From positions 1,839 through 65,838 of the forward strand of contig PKTF01000078.1 of NCBI GenBank assembly GCA_002869275.1: DNA of 64,000 nt, given 5' to 3'. Below, piece after piece: positions 53,097-62,358 of this stretch. A model generated the notes under the pieces. The model was given only the letters and a program-made list of their open reading frames with translations, searched no databases and was not told the DNA's origin. The DNA comes from Ignavibacteria bacterium (GTDB lineage: Bacteria > Bacteroidota > Ignavibacteria > SZUA-365). The position numbers and the translations under genes were made by a program. Position 1 is the stretch's first letter. Each line of letters begins with the position of its first letter.

Positions 53097-53876
53097 ATGA
53101 ACATTATCGTCCTCAACTCCGGCAGCAACGGCAACGCCGTCTATGTGGAATCCCCGCATACCGGCGCTGCCGTGCTGCTGGATTGCGGCATCTCGCGCCG
53201 TCAGATCGAACTGCGCCTCAAGGTGCACGGCAGGCATCTGCAGAGCGTACGTGGAATTTTTGTCACGCATGAGCATGGCGACCACGTGCGCGGCGTGCCC
53301 GTCACAACGAAGCTGTACCGCATTCCGACCTACCTGACCGAAGCGACCTTCCGCGGGATGTGGCGGAACAAACCGCACAAGGGACATCGCTTCATGGGAA
53401 ACACCGAAGCGGTGACCATCGAAGACATTGAAGTTCGCGCATACCCGAAATCCCATGACGCGGCAGATCCGGTATTTTTCGTGGTGACGATTGACGGCCG
53501 CCGTTTCCTTTATGCAACAGACCTCGGGATGCATGACGCCACGGTCGCCGGGCTTCTCGGAGAGGTCGATGCCGCGCTCGTCGAAAGCAATTACGACGAA
53601 CACATGCTGGAGACAGGGTCCTATCCGCAGTACCTGAAAGACCGCATCCGTTCAGAGCACGGGCATCTTTCCAACCATCAAGCCATGTCTCTCATCCGTG
53701 AGCATGCCAACGGCCGACTGCGCATGCTCATCCTCGGCCATTTAAGCGAGAACAACAACACGCCGGAAATAGTACAGCGTGAAGCGGACGCGTTATTCGA
53801 TGGGATTCGGGGCAGTACGCCGCGCGTGGTTGTCGCATCGCGCTACGAGGTGGGGGACGTTCTTACCCTGATGTAA
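53097..53876 (+). CDS. MBL-fold metallo-hydrolase (YycJ/WalJ-like)
   Basis: VTHEHGDH metal-binding motif; 259 aa. Confidence 0.75.
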   Translation: MNIIVLNSGSNGNAVYVESPHTGAAVLLDCGISRRQIELRLKVHGRHLQSVRGIFVTHEHGDHVRGVPVTTKLYRIPTYLTEATFRGMWRNKPHKGHRFMGNTEAVTIEDIEVRAYPKSHDAADPVFFVVTIDGRRFLYATDLGMHDATVAGLLGEVDAALVESNYDEHMLETGSYPQYLKDRIRSEHGHLSNHQAMSLIREHANGRLRMLILGHLSENNNTPEIVQREADALFDGIRGSTPRVVVASRYEVGDVLTLM

Positions 53877-53905
53877 AAAAAATCCCGCGCGAGGCGGGAT
53901 TCAAT
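53874..53905 (+). terminator. Rho-independent terminator after the MBL hydrolase gene
   Basis: A8-atcccgcgcgaggcgggat-tcaatttcttc. Confidence 0.55.
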
Positions 53906-53942
53906 TTCTTCTTCAGTGAAACGCAGTGCCGGGGAGGGCTGC

Positions 53943-54779
53943 TCAGAGATAGGATTTTTTCATTTCCAATTCCTGTGTAAGGCGCTCGACGCCTTTGCCC
54001 GAAAGCCTGCGCTCGTTTATCACGCCGCTTCCGGCAGATCCGGCCTGTACGCGAGCGTGGGAGCGGTCCTGAAAACCTTTTCTCCACGATGCGTCATCGG
54101 CATCAGTGATCGTAACTTCTCCGGCCTTGTTCGCATCGATCTGCTGGCGAATACGGAGAATCGCATGCTCCTTTTTCTCAGCGAGGAGGCGGTGGATGTT
54201 CTTTGCCGCCGCGACCTTGTCTTCCATCTGGCGTTTGATTTCCCGGATTTTGCTGTCTGATGCCGCGGTGCGAGTCATGACGATGTCTTCAAACTTCTGC
54301 ATGACGACTTCGTATTCCTGCTGGACGCGAGCCAGCTCCAGGCGTGAGTGCCAGTAGCTTTCGGGGTCCGAAGAGAGAAGGAAGTAAAAGGGAATGCAGA
54401 CGCGGAAATCACGCGGGAGTCCGCGCACCGTCGCGTAGCCGGCGGGGTAGGTCGCTTTCATCGCGCTTTTCAATGCCGCCTGATCGAGATCGTCACGTCC
54501 CGAACTGACAGAAATCTCACTGTATACCACCGTACCTTCCGACGTGACGTAGGCGACGATTTCGCATACGCCTTCAATACCGGCGTTGAAGGCTTCCTGC
54601 GGATAATCCGGAAGCATGAAGCTCGGCTGTGACGCGGAAGTGAAACGCAGATCCTCGCCGTCCTCTGGAAGAGTGAACAGTGGTGGAATGAAGCCACGTG
54701 CTTTCGTGCTCGGCGCCTGGCCGAAGGAATGGGCCGTCAGTGCACAGAGGACGAATATGATAAGTGCAATACGCTGCAT
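53943..54779 (-). CDS. TonB C-terminal domain protein with coiled-coil extension
   Basis: PDYPQEAFNAGIEGVCEIVAYVTSEGTVVYSEISVSSG matches the TonB_C fold. Signal/TM MQRIALIIFVLCALTAHSFG. Confidence 0.6.
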   Translation of the reverse strand: MQRIALIIFVLCALTAHSFGQAPSTKARGFIPPLFTLPEDGEDLRFTSASQPSFMLPDYPQEAFNAGIEGVCEIVAYVTSEGTVVYSEISVSSGRDDLDQAALKSAMKATYPAGYATVRGLPRDFRVCIPFYFLLSSDPESYWHSRLELARVQQEYEVVMQKFEDIVMTRTAASDSKIREIKRQMEDKVAAAKNIHRLLAEKKEHAILRIRQQIDANKAGEVTITDADDASWRKGFQDRSHARVQAGSAGSGVINERRLSGKGVERLTQELEMKKSYL

Positions 54780-54917
54780 GGAGTGTCTCCGATGTCGGCT
54801 AAGTATGTGCAGCAAAAGGCAGGCTGCATCACCAGGTCCTCACACATTACGAGGAAAATTAGAAAAATGCAATGTTCTGATAAGAAAGCGTTAATTAAGG
54901 CCGTATTTGAGCAGCAG

Positions 54918-54947
54918 CAAAAAAAATCCGGCAAAGTTGCCGGATCC
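54918..54947 (-). terminator. Rho-independent terminator after lgt (minus strand)
   Basis: Hairpin atccggcaaagttgccggat, followed on the minus strand by T8. Confidence 0.6.
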
Positions 54948-54987
54948 TAAAAGACAGATATTTCACGAAATTATCAGTGGCGGATGA

Positions 54988-55776
54988 TCACGCAGTGGTG
55001 TTTCCCTGCGTGTTGCCGTGCTTGCGCAGAATCAGCCACAGACCGAACGCGACCAGGGGAACACTCAGCAGCTGCCCCATCGTGATCGGCATCGAAGGAT
55101 CGAGGGTGGACTGCCCGGTCTTGAAGAACTCCAGAATGAAGCGCATTGCGAACAGCATCGTGAGCATGCTGCCGGTGAGACGTCCGGTAATCGCTCCCAG
55201 CTGCCGACGATAGAGATACATCATGACCAGGAAAATGGCCAGATACGCGAGAGCTTCATAGAGCTGCACGGGGTGTCGCGGCACATTGTCGATGCGCGTG
55301 AAAATGACAGACCATGCCACGTCGCTGGGGAGGCCGAGGATTTCAGAATTCACGAAATTGCCGAGGCGTACAAATATTGCTGCCAGGGGGATGACGAGCG
55401 ATACGCGGTCGGCGGCCCAGAAAAAACTCATTTCCGTCGTCCGGCGTGCGTAGAGCAGTAAAGCGACGATGATTCCGATGGCGGCGCCATGACTTGCCAG
55501 TCCGCCTTTGGTGATCTTGAGGATTTCAATGGGATTCGAGAGATAATACTCTGGTCCATAAAACAGGCAATGCCCCAGACGAGCTCCGACTACAACGGCG
55601 ATGAACACGTAGAGAAAGAGCTTGTTCAGCTGCTCGTCACTTCTGTTTTCGCGGCGAAAAACCCAGACCATGATGGAAAAACTGGAGATGAAGGCCAGGG
55701 CGAAAAGCAATCCGTACCAGCGGACAGTAATCCCGCCAATCGAAAACAGTTCGGGATCAACATTCCATTCGAACAT
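54988..55776 (-). CDS. lgt: prolipoprotein diacylglyceryl transferase
   Basis: Seven TM helices and the Lgt signature region …HPVQLYEALAYL…; 262 aa. Confidence 0.85.
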   Translation of the reverse strand: MFEWNVDPELFSIGGITVRWYGLLFALAFISSFSIMVWVFRRENRSDEQLNKLFLYVFIAVVVGARLGHCLFYGPEYYLSNPIEILKITKGGLASHGAAIGIIVALLLYARRTTEMSFFWAADRVSLVIPLAAIFVRLGNFVNSEILGLPSDVAWSVIFTRIDNVPRHPVQLYEALAYLAIFLVMMYLYRRQLGAITGRLTGSMLTMLFAMRFILEFFKTGQSTLDPSMPITMGQLLSVPLVAFGLWLILRKHGNTQGNTTA

Positions 55777-55943
55777 ATATCAACATCTGATTGTCGTGAG
55801 TGCTCAGTTGCTGCGCCAGTGCGCAGTTCAAGTATAAGAAAAATTCCCCGGAATCGAGGATTGCCATGTGCGCAATAACATCGCCCCGTTTCAGACGCCA
55901 TGGCAGCTGAAACGGGGCGGGTTATGCTGTCAGGTCATCAGTA

Positions 55944-58900
55944 TCAGTGAATCACGAGCAGGTTCGTGGTCTGAACCTGTGCGCCGGACTGCACGCGCAC
56001 CCGGTAATTGCCCGTAGGCAGGCTGCCGGTGTCGAGATTAACTGTATGCGAACCGGCGGTCAGCTCTGCACGCATGCTCTGCAGCACGAGACGTCCGAGG
56101 TTGTCAAAAACATCGATCTGTGTACCTGCACGCGATTCCAGCGTCAGTCCGAGTGTGAGTCCGCGGCTGGAGCTGGTCGAAATCGGATTCGGGTACATGT
56201 AATCGATATGGAATCCATTCGCTGCCACGGGACGTTCCACCGAGGTGGTGCCGTAGGGATCGAAGTTCGAACGGAACTTGAAAATGTCGATGCCCGCGGT
56301 GTAGACGTCCGAAAGAGATGTATTGGAGAATGACGTCGATGTGGAGACGTTGGCGAAGTTGCTGGGTACGGCCTGCACCGTCCAGCTTTGAGCCATGTCG
56401 TCGGATACCCAGGCATTTGTCCCCTGGATGAACCAGATACGACGCCCGTTTTCTTCCATCTCAACGGTACCGCCAGTGCTGACCTGAATGGTATTGCGCT
56501 GCAGCCACGTGTCACCACCATCTTCGGTGACAGCAAGCATGTTGGTGCCGCCCAGGTTGGTTTGTGTGGTGAAACGGATGATGCCCCGCTTGCTGTCGGC
56601 GAATGCCATGTCCACCGAATGCTTGCTCGGCGTGGTGATACTCGTCCAGCTCTGACCGCGGTCAGTCGAGCGGTAGATCTTGCTGTTGTTCGTACCGAAC
56701 CACAGCGTGTCGCCCGCGGCGTCGTATGCATTGTTCCATCCGGCTTCACCCGTTGGGGCATTTACCGGATTCGCGAGCGGTGTCCATGTAGCACCTCCGT
56801 CGTCGGTAGTCGCGATACCCCACACACCGTCCTTCGGATCGCCCTGCAGAATACCGTTATTGATGTCGTACATGTGTATCCAGTTTACGAAACCGGTGAA
56901 ACCGGCCACGGAAGTACCGCTCCAGGTCGAACCGCTGTTGACAGTACGGAAAACTTCCGCTGCGCCGGTGCTCGGACCTGTACCCACCAGGGCGACGTTA
57001 TTCGTTACGGCGTCGATGCAGTAGACACCCTTGCCCGAGGGGAAGCCCGAACTGTTGCCGACGCTCCACGAGCCGCCGCCGTTGAGACTGCGAACGAAAT
57101 AATCACGGCTGGAGACATTTGCGGTTCCCCAGACGGAAGTGACCGAAGCGGCGTCGATGGACGTGAAGTAGGGTGCGCCGAAATTCATCGAGGTGTGCCA
57201 GGCATCGTTGAGGAATATGCTGGCACGGCCCATGAAGTAGTCCACATATTCACCATCGATGATTTCCATGCGCACGGGAATGTACCCTTCCGAGGTTTCC
57301 GGTTCATCGGAGAGCGCAATGTCGAATTCCACCGTTTTGGTTCCGAAGGTCTCGATGACACCGAGAGGAAAATCGTTTGCATCGGTGGAGATCGAAGGAT
57401 CATCGAGATTGACGCGCAGGATGGCATTCTCCGAGGTGGGAGCGAGAACATTTTCCACCACGACTGTGACGTGTGCCGTCTGTCCCGGTTCGGAAAAGCG
57501 CGAACCGCTTTCGTAAGAGATGGCGAAGCTTTTCATGCGGACGCCGGGGATGTCGGTCAGATTTTCATTGAGAGATACAGCTTTGAATGCGTTGATGCGT
57601 CCGTAGCGCTTGCTTGCCGGCGAGGCACCGAAGCGATCAGACGTCACGCGGATCTGCGCGGCAACCTGGTCGGGTGTCCAATCCGGATGTACAGACATGA
57701 CCAGCGCGGCGACACCGGCCGCCAGCGGGGCGGAGAAGGATGTACCGGTCGGGCTCGTGTAGCTGCCGCCCTTGCGCGTCGTGGTGATGCCGTTGCCGGG
57801 TGAGTAGACGTGGACGGAAGTGCCGTAAGTGCACCACTGTGAGGCGTTACCGTTGGATTCCACCGAACCCACGTTCAGCACGTGGTCGAGTGCCGATGGT
57901 GTGTGCGGGATATAGTCGTTATCCAGCGGATCGTTGCCTGAGGAACCGACCACGAGTGAACCCATGGCGGTGACGTCATCGACGATATCCTGAAGGGCCT
58001 TGACGATCGGACCAGTGCCTCCCCAGCTGCAGTTGATGATGTGGGCACCCATCTGCGCTGCATAGAGAATTCCGTCATAACCCGCGGCAATGCCTGTCGA
58101 ACTGTTGGCCGCGGCCTTGATGGCGAGGATTTTGGAGCTGAACGAACTGCCCGCGACACCCGTTGCGTTGTCGGTGCGTGCTGCGGCACAGCCCGATGTG
58201 TTGGTGCCATGGCCGATCGCGCCGTCCATGGGGTTGTTATCGGGTATGGGACTCTGTGAACTGCCGTCACCGATGAAATCCCAGCCGTGCCAGTCGTCGA
58301 CCTTACCGTTATTGTCATCGTCGATGCCGTTGTCCTTCAACTCCCCGTTCGTACCCCATTCACCGGGATTGGTCCAGATGTTTTCCGCGAGGTCGGGGTG
58401 CGTCCAGTCCACGCCCGAATCCACGTCGCCGATGATGATTGTGGAATCGCCTTTCGTGATGTCCCAGGCTTCCTTGAGCTTCATCACATCAATAGCCCAC
58501 TGCTGTGCGAGCCGCGTGTCGTTGGGAGTGTAATGGAAGGGGAAGATGTAGTACGGTTCGGCGTATTCCACGCTCGGATCGTTGCTGACTTCCATGGCCA
58601 GCAGCGAGGGATTGTCGCCTGATGTATAGCGTACTTTCACCATGCGGTCGACGTTGTACCGCGGTCGCGCGGCTTTCTGCAGAGCGGTTTCTTTGTTCGT
58701 GTTGAAGGGCTCGACCTTTTCCGCGCCAATGCGTTCCAGCAGCTGATCGAGGCTTTGTATTCCGAGGCGCGCGCCGTCCGTCGTAAAGGATTGCTGTTCG
58801 CGCAGCTTGATAATCAGAAGGTTGGGAACGGTCTGCAGACGGCCTTTCTCCGCGGAAGCGGTACGCGGTGCATCGCGTTCGGGACTATCTGCCTGCAATT

Positions 58901-58952
58901 CGACAGTGCACAACAGCAACGCTGCCGCGCAAATAAGGGAAAGAATTTTCAT
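55944..58952 (-). CDS. S8 subtilisin-family peptidase fused to BNR/Asp-box beta-propeller and T9SS C-terminal sorting domain
   Basis: Catalytic Asp (GDVDSGVDWTHPDL), His (HGTNTSG) and Ser (GTSFSAPLAAG). Asp-box repeats SxDxGxTW x6 (NSGSTWS, TDDGGATWT, TDRGQSWT, TEDGGDTWL…). CTD YMYPNPISTSS…GNYRVRVQ. Confidence 0.85.
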   Translation of the reverse strand: MKILSLICAAALLLCTVELQADSPERDAPRTASAEKGRLQTVPNLLIIKLREQQSFTTDGARLGIQSLDQLLERIGAEKVEPFNTNKETALQKAARPRYNVDRMVKVRYTSGDNPSLLAMEVSNDPSVEYAEPYYIFPFHYTPNDTRLAQQWAIDVMKLKEAWDITKGDSTIIIGDVDSGVDWTHPDLAENIWTNPGEWGTNGELKDNGIDDDNNGKVDDWHGWDFIGDGSSQSPIPDNNPMDGAIGHGTNTSGCAAARTDNATGVAGSSFSSKILAIKAAANSSTGIAAGYDGILYAAQMGAHIINCSWGGTGPIVKALQDIVDDVTAMGSLVVGSSGNDPLDNDYIPHTPSALDHVLNVGSVESNGNASQWCTYGTSVHVYSPGNGITTTRKGGSYTSPTGTSFSAPLAAGVAALVMSVHPDWTPDQVAAQIRVTSDRFGASPASKRYGRINAFKAVSLNENLTDIPGVRMKSFAISYESGSRFSEPGQTAHVTVVVENVLAPTSENAILRVNLDDPSISTDANDFPLGVIETFGTKTVEFDIALSDEPETSEGYIPVRMEIIDGEYVDYFMGRASIFLNDAWHTSMNFGAPYFTSIDAASVTSVWGTANVSSRDYFVRSLNGGGSWSVGNSSGFPSGKGVYCIDAVTNNVALVGTGPSTGAAEVFRTVNSGSTWSGTSVAGFTGFVNWIHMYDINNGILQGDPKDGVWGIATTDDGGATWTPLANPVNAPTGEAGWNNAYDAAGDTLWFGTNNSKIYRSTDRGQSWTSITTPSKHSVDMAFADSKRGIIRFTTQTNLGGTNMLAVTEDGGDTWLQRNTIQVSTGGTVEMEENGRRIWFIQGTNAWVSDDMAQSWTVQAVPSNFANVSTSTSFSNTSLSDVYTAGIDIFKFRSNFDPYGTTSVERPVAANGFHIDYMYPNPISTSSSRGLTLGLTLESRAGTQIDVFDNLGRLVLQSMRAELTAGSHTVNLDTGSLPTGNYRVRVQSGAQVQTTNLLVIH

Positions 58953-59156
58953 GCATCACCTTGCGAGAGTGGGTGGGTGGCAAAAGATCCTTAAAAGATA
59001 GGGAAAAATAGCCGTAGGAATAAAGGCAGCTCGCTGCCTCCAACGCAGGAAGCCCCGGACTCGCGTCCGGGGCTTCTCCTGAGTCCCCGCGAACGCGGGG
59101 ACGGCATGTTCATCACATCGGACGTAAGTCCGATGTTGTGTATCTACTCGGAAGAC

Positions 59157-62147
59157 TTAGTTAATCACCATCACGTTACGTGCCACCGTCTGTTTCGGCG
59201 TCGTCATACGCAGCACATAACTGCCAGCCGCGAGGTTTCCGATCGACACGCTGGCGCTGTGCGTTCCGATGCCCAGCGTTGCGTTCACGACTTCGCGTAC
59301 CTTGCGTCCGCTCATGTCGTACAGCGCGAGCACGACAGGTTCGGCCTGCGTAAGCGAGATTTCCGCCGTGAGGCTGCCCTGATAAGCGGAAGCCGGCTGC
59401 GGGTACACGGAGAGAATGCGCGGCGATTCCGGCTGTGAAATCGGGTTCTGCACGGAGACGACGGCTTTGTGCGGACTCTCGTACTTGAAGATTTCGATAC
59501 CGGCAGCGAAGACCTTGCTGACGAAACCGTCATTCCATTCCGCCGCGTCGTTGACGAAGTCAAACGACAGCGGAGTGGCCTGCACGTTCCATGTCACACC
59601 GAGGTCTGTTGACGCATAAGCATTTCCAGAAGTCATGAACCAGAGACGTTCGCCTCCACGTTCGAAGACTACCGAACCATACGGCGCGGCGATGGTGGAA
59701 ATAAGGCTCCAGGTGAGACCGCCGTCAGTGGTGACCGCCAGTGTATCGGTGCCCTGGCTGTTCTGTTCGGAGAAACGCGCCACACCCGTCATCTGGTCGC
59801 GGAAGGTGATATCCGTGGCATTCTTGCTCGGTACCGGATAGGACTGCCAGTTCTGGCCACGGTCCGTCGTCCGGTAGATGATGCTGCTGTTTGTACCGAA
59901 CCAGCCATGATCGCCGATAAAGTCGTAACTGTTGTTCCACCCGGCTTCGCCCGTGGCGGCGGAAAGCGGATTGCTGATTGGTGTCCAATTGTATCCGCCA
60001 TCCGATGTCGTCGCGATACCCCAGATGTTGCTGTTGGGATCGCCCTGCAAAATGCCTTCGTTGTCGTCGAACATGTGAATCCAGTTGACGAATGGCGTCA
60101 TGGAGGCGACGCTGGTACCGGACCAGCTCTGACCACCGTCATTCGTGCGATACACTTCGGCGGCACCGGTTGTCGGACCCGTTCCAACGAGCGCGCTGAA
60201 TTCGTCGATACCGTCGATGCAGTAGACGCCTTTTCCGTCGGGATAGCCGGTACCGAAGGCAAAGACCCAGCTGTCGCCGGCGTCGGTGCTGCGGATGGCG
60301 ATATCCTGCGTAGGTACGCCATTCTCAGTGAAATCACCACTGACCCACACGTTCCAGCGATCAGGAATATCGATGGAGTTATAGGGATAGCGCAGATCGA
60401 GTGAGGTGTGCCAGCCGTCGGTCAGGTTCAGTTCGATACGAACAAGATCGAAGTCCAGGTATTGGCCGTCTGTGAATTTGAGAATGACAGGAATGTAGCC
60501 TTCCGACATGGTCGGATTCTCGGTCAGTGTCAGCGTGAACGAAATCGTCATTGATTCCATGGTATTCATGGCACCCAGCGTTGCGCTGGTCGTGTTGAGC
60601 GTGCCATAGGCCGGATCAACTTCGAGTTCCACCATGGCGTTGCTCGTCGGGGCGAGCAGGTTTTCGATCACGACCTGTACCGACGCTTCCTGTCCGGCTT
60701 CGGTGAACTGGCTGCCGGCCGAAGTCATCACGTCGTAGGATTTCACTTCGAGTCCGGGAATCTCATCGAGCGAAGCGTTCATGGAAAGCGCCTTGTAGGC
60801 ATTGGCGCGACCGTAGTGCAGCGCTTCATACTCGGTACCGAACTTGTCCGAGGTAACGCGGATCTGCTTCAGCACCTGGTCGGGAGTCCAGTCCGGGTGA
60901 ATCGCGAAAATCAGTGCGGCAAGTCCCGACATCATCGGCGCTGAGAAGGACGTACCGGTCACATTCTGGTAGCCGAAACTCATGCGCGGTGCAAGCACGT
61001 CGGTACCCGGAGCATACACATGCACCGAACTGCCGAATGCCGCCCATGGCGAGGCTGAGCCGTCCTGTTCGATGGAGCTGACCGAGAGTACGTGGTTGAG
61101 AGATGCAGGGATGAAGGGATCGAGATCATTGTTGATGACGGCATTGCCCGCGCCGCCTACCATGAGCGCACCCTTCGACCATGCGTAGTCAATTTCGTCC
61201 TGCAGTACCTGGCTGATCAGTGCATTGCTGCCCCAGCTGGCGTTGATGACCTTGCAGCCCATGTCGGCGGCGTAGCGCACGGCCCAGTAACCGGCCATGC
61301 CGGTGGTGTTGGCATCATCCTGCACCTTGATCGGAAGGATCTTGGTGTGGTAGCCGATACCGGCGATACCCTTGCCGTTGTTCGTGCGAGCAGCGGCAAC
61401 ACCGGCACCGTTTGTGCCGTGTCCGTTGAAGTCCATCGGGTCATTGTCGGGATTCGGCGCCTGCAGCGTGCCGTTGCCGATGAAATCCCAGCCGCGCCAG
61501 TCATCGGTGTAACCGTTGCCGTCGTCATCGACGCCGTTGTCCTTGAGTTCACCGTTGGTGCCCCATTCACCCGGATTGACCCAGATGCTGCCGGCGAGGT
61601 CTTCGTGGTTGTAGTTCACGCCCGAATCGATGTATCCGATCACGATGGTCGAATCGCCCATGGTGATATCCCAGGCTTCTTCCATCTTCAGAGAAGCGAT
61701 GGCCCACTGGGTGGAGAGGCGCGGATCGTCCGGGGTGTGGGTGGGACGCAAGTTGATGAACGGTTCGGCGTATTCCACGGCGGGATCGGCCGAAATCTCC
61801 TCTGCGAGGGCGAGGGCGTCCACCGGAGCGCTGTAGCGCACGAGCATGATGCGCGCGAGGCTTTCTTCTTCAGGTGAAGTATAGCCCTTACGCAGCGAAA
61901 GCGACGGGTGCAGCGCTTCGACCGATGTGGTCATGATGCGATGCAGCACCTTGTCGATGTTCTGAAGGCCGAAGCTCTTTGCTCCGGGTGCGACAGACTG
62001 CACATTTTTCAGTTTGATGAACATCATGCCGGGCACGAAATCGGCCTGCGACAGGGAAGTGTTCTTCCCCGGACGCTCGACTTTCTCGGCACCGGCTACG
62101 CTGCAGAGCAGCAGCAGCAATGCGATAACGGGTACGGCTGTACGCAT
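59157..62147 (-). CDS. S8 subtilisin-family peptidase with BNR/Asp-box propeller and T9SS CTD (tandem paralogue)
   Basis: Same architecture as the upstream gene: GYIDSGVNYNHEDL, HGTNGAG, GTSFSAPMMSG. Asp-boxes TNDGGQSWS, TSDGGYNWT, TDRGQNWQ, TDGGLTWS. CTD …SVYPQPASAYQGSL…GSYVLRMT. Confidence 0.85.
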   Translation of the reverse strand: MRTAVPVIALLLLLCSVAGAEKVERPGKNTSLSQADFVPGMMFIKLKNVQSVAPGAKSFGLQNIDKVLHRIMTTSVEALHPSLSLRKGYTSPEEESLARIMLVRYSAPVDALALAEEISADPAVEYAEPFINLRPTHTPDDPRLSTQWAIASLKMEEAWDITMGDSTIVIGYIDSGVNYNHEDLAGSIWVNPGEWGTNGELKDNGVDDDGNGYTDDWRGWDFIGNGTLQAPNPDNDPMDFNGHGTNGAGVAAARTNNGKGIAGIGYHTKILPIKVQDDANTTGMAGYWAVRYAADMGCKVINASWGSNALISQVLQDEIDYAWSKGALMVGGAGNAVINNDLDPFIPASLNHVLSVSSIEQDGSASPWAAFGSSVHVYAPGTDVLAPRMSFGYQNVTGTSFSAPMMSGLAALIFAIHPDWTPDQVLKQIRVTSDKFGTEYEALHYGRANAYKALSMNASLDEIPGLEVKSYDVMTSAGSQFTEAGQEASVQVVIENLLAPTSNAMVELEVDPAYGTLNTTSATLGAMNTMESMTISFTLTLTENPTMSEGYIPVILKFTDGQYLDFDLVRIELNLTDGWHTSLDLRYPYNSIDIPDRWNVWVSGDFTENGVPTQDIAIRSTDAGDSWVFAFGTGYPDGKGVYCIDGIDEFSALVGTGPTTGAAEVYRTNDGGQSWSGTSVASMTPFVNWIHMFDDNEGILQGDPNSNIWGIATTSDGGYNWTPISNPLSAATGEAGWNNSYDFIGDHGWFGTNSSIIYRTTDRGQNWQSYPVPSKNATDITFRDQMTGVARFSEQNSQGTDTLAVTTDGGLTWSLISTIAAPYGSVVFERGGERLWFMTSGNAYASTDLGVTWNVQATPLSFDFVNDAAEWNDGFVSKVFAAGIEIFKYESPHKAVVSVQNPISQPESPRILSVYPQPASAYQGSLTAEISLTQAEPVVLALYDMSGRKVREVVNATLGIGTHSASVSIGNLAAGSYVLRMTTPKQTVARNVMVIN

Positions 62148-62358
62148 AAGCAATCCAATAGCTATGTGTAAAAATCGGTTGGCTAAAGTGACGTAATATA
62201 CGCTTTGCGTCCGCCAAACGTAAGGGAGTTGTCCGTACCCGTTTACAGCTCGAATGCCTGGTCTCCAGGAACCGGCAATATCCGGCCATCTGCATTTCCT
62301 CACATCCCGATTCTCCGTACTTTTATGGATTCATGTTACCCGATGACAAGGAACCGTC

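Noticed and set aside
54729-54950. 73-aa ORF between tonB-like gene and lgt
   Set aside because: It sits across the lgt terminator hairpin and the TonB promoter region, and has no SD or conservation signal. It is probably non-coding.
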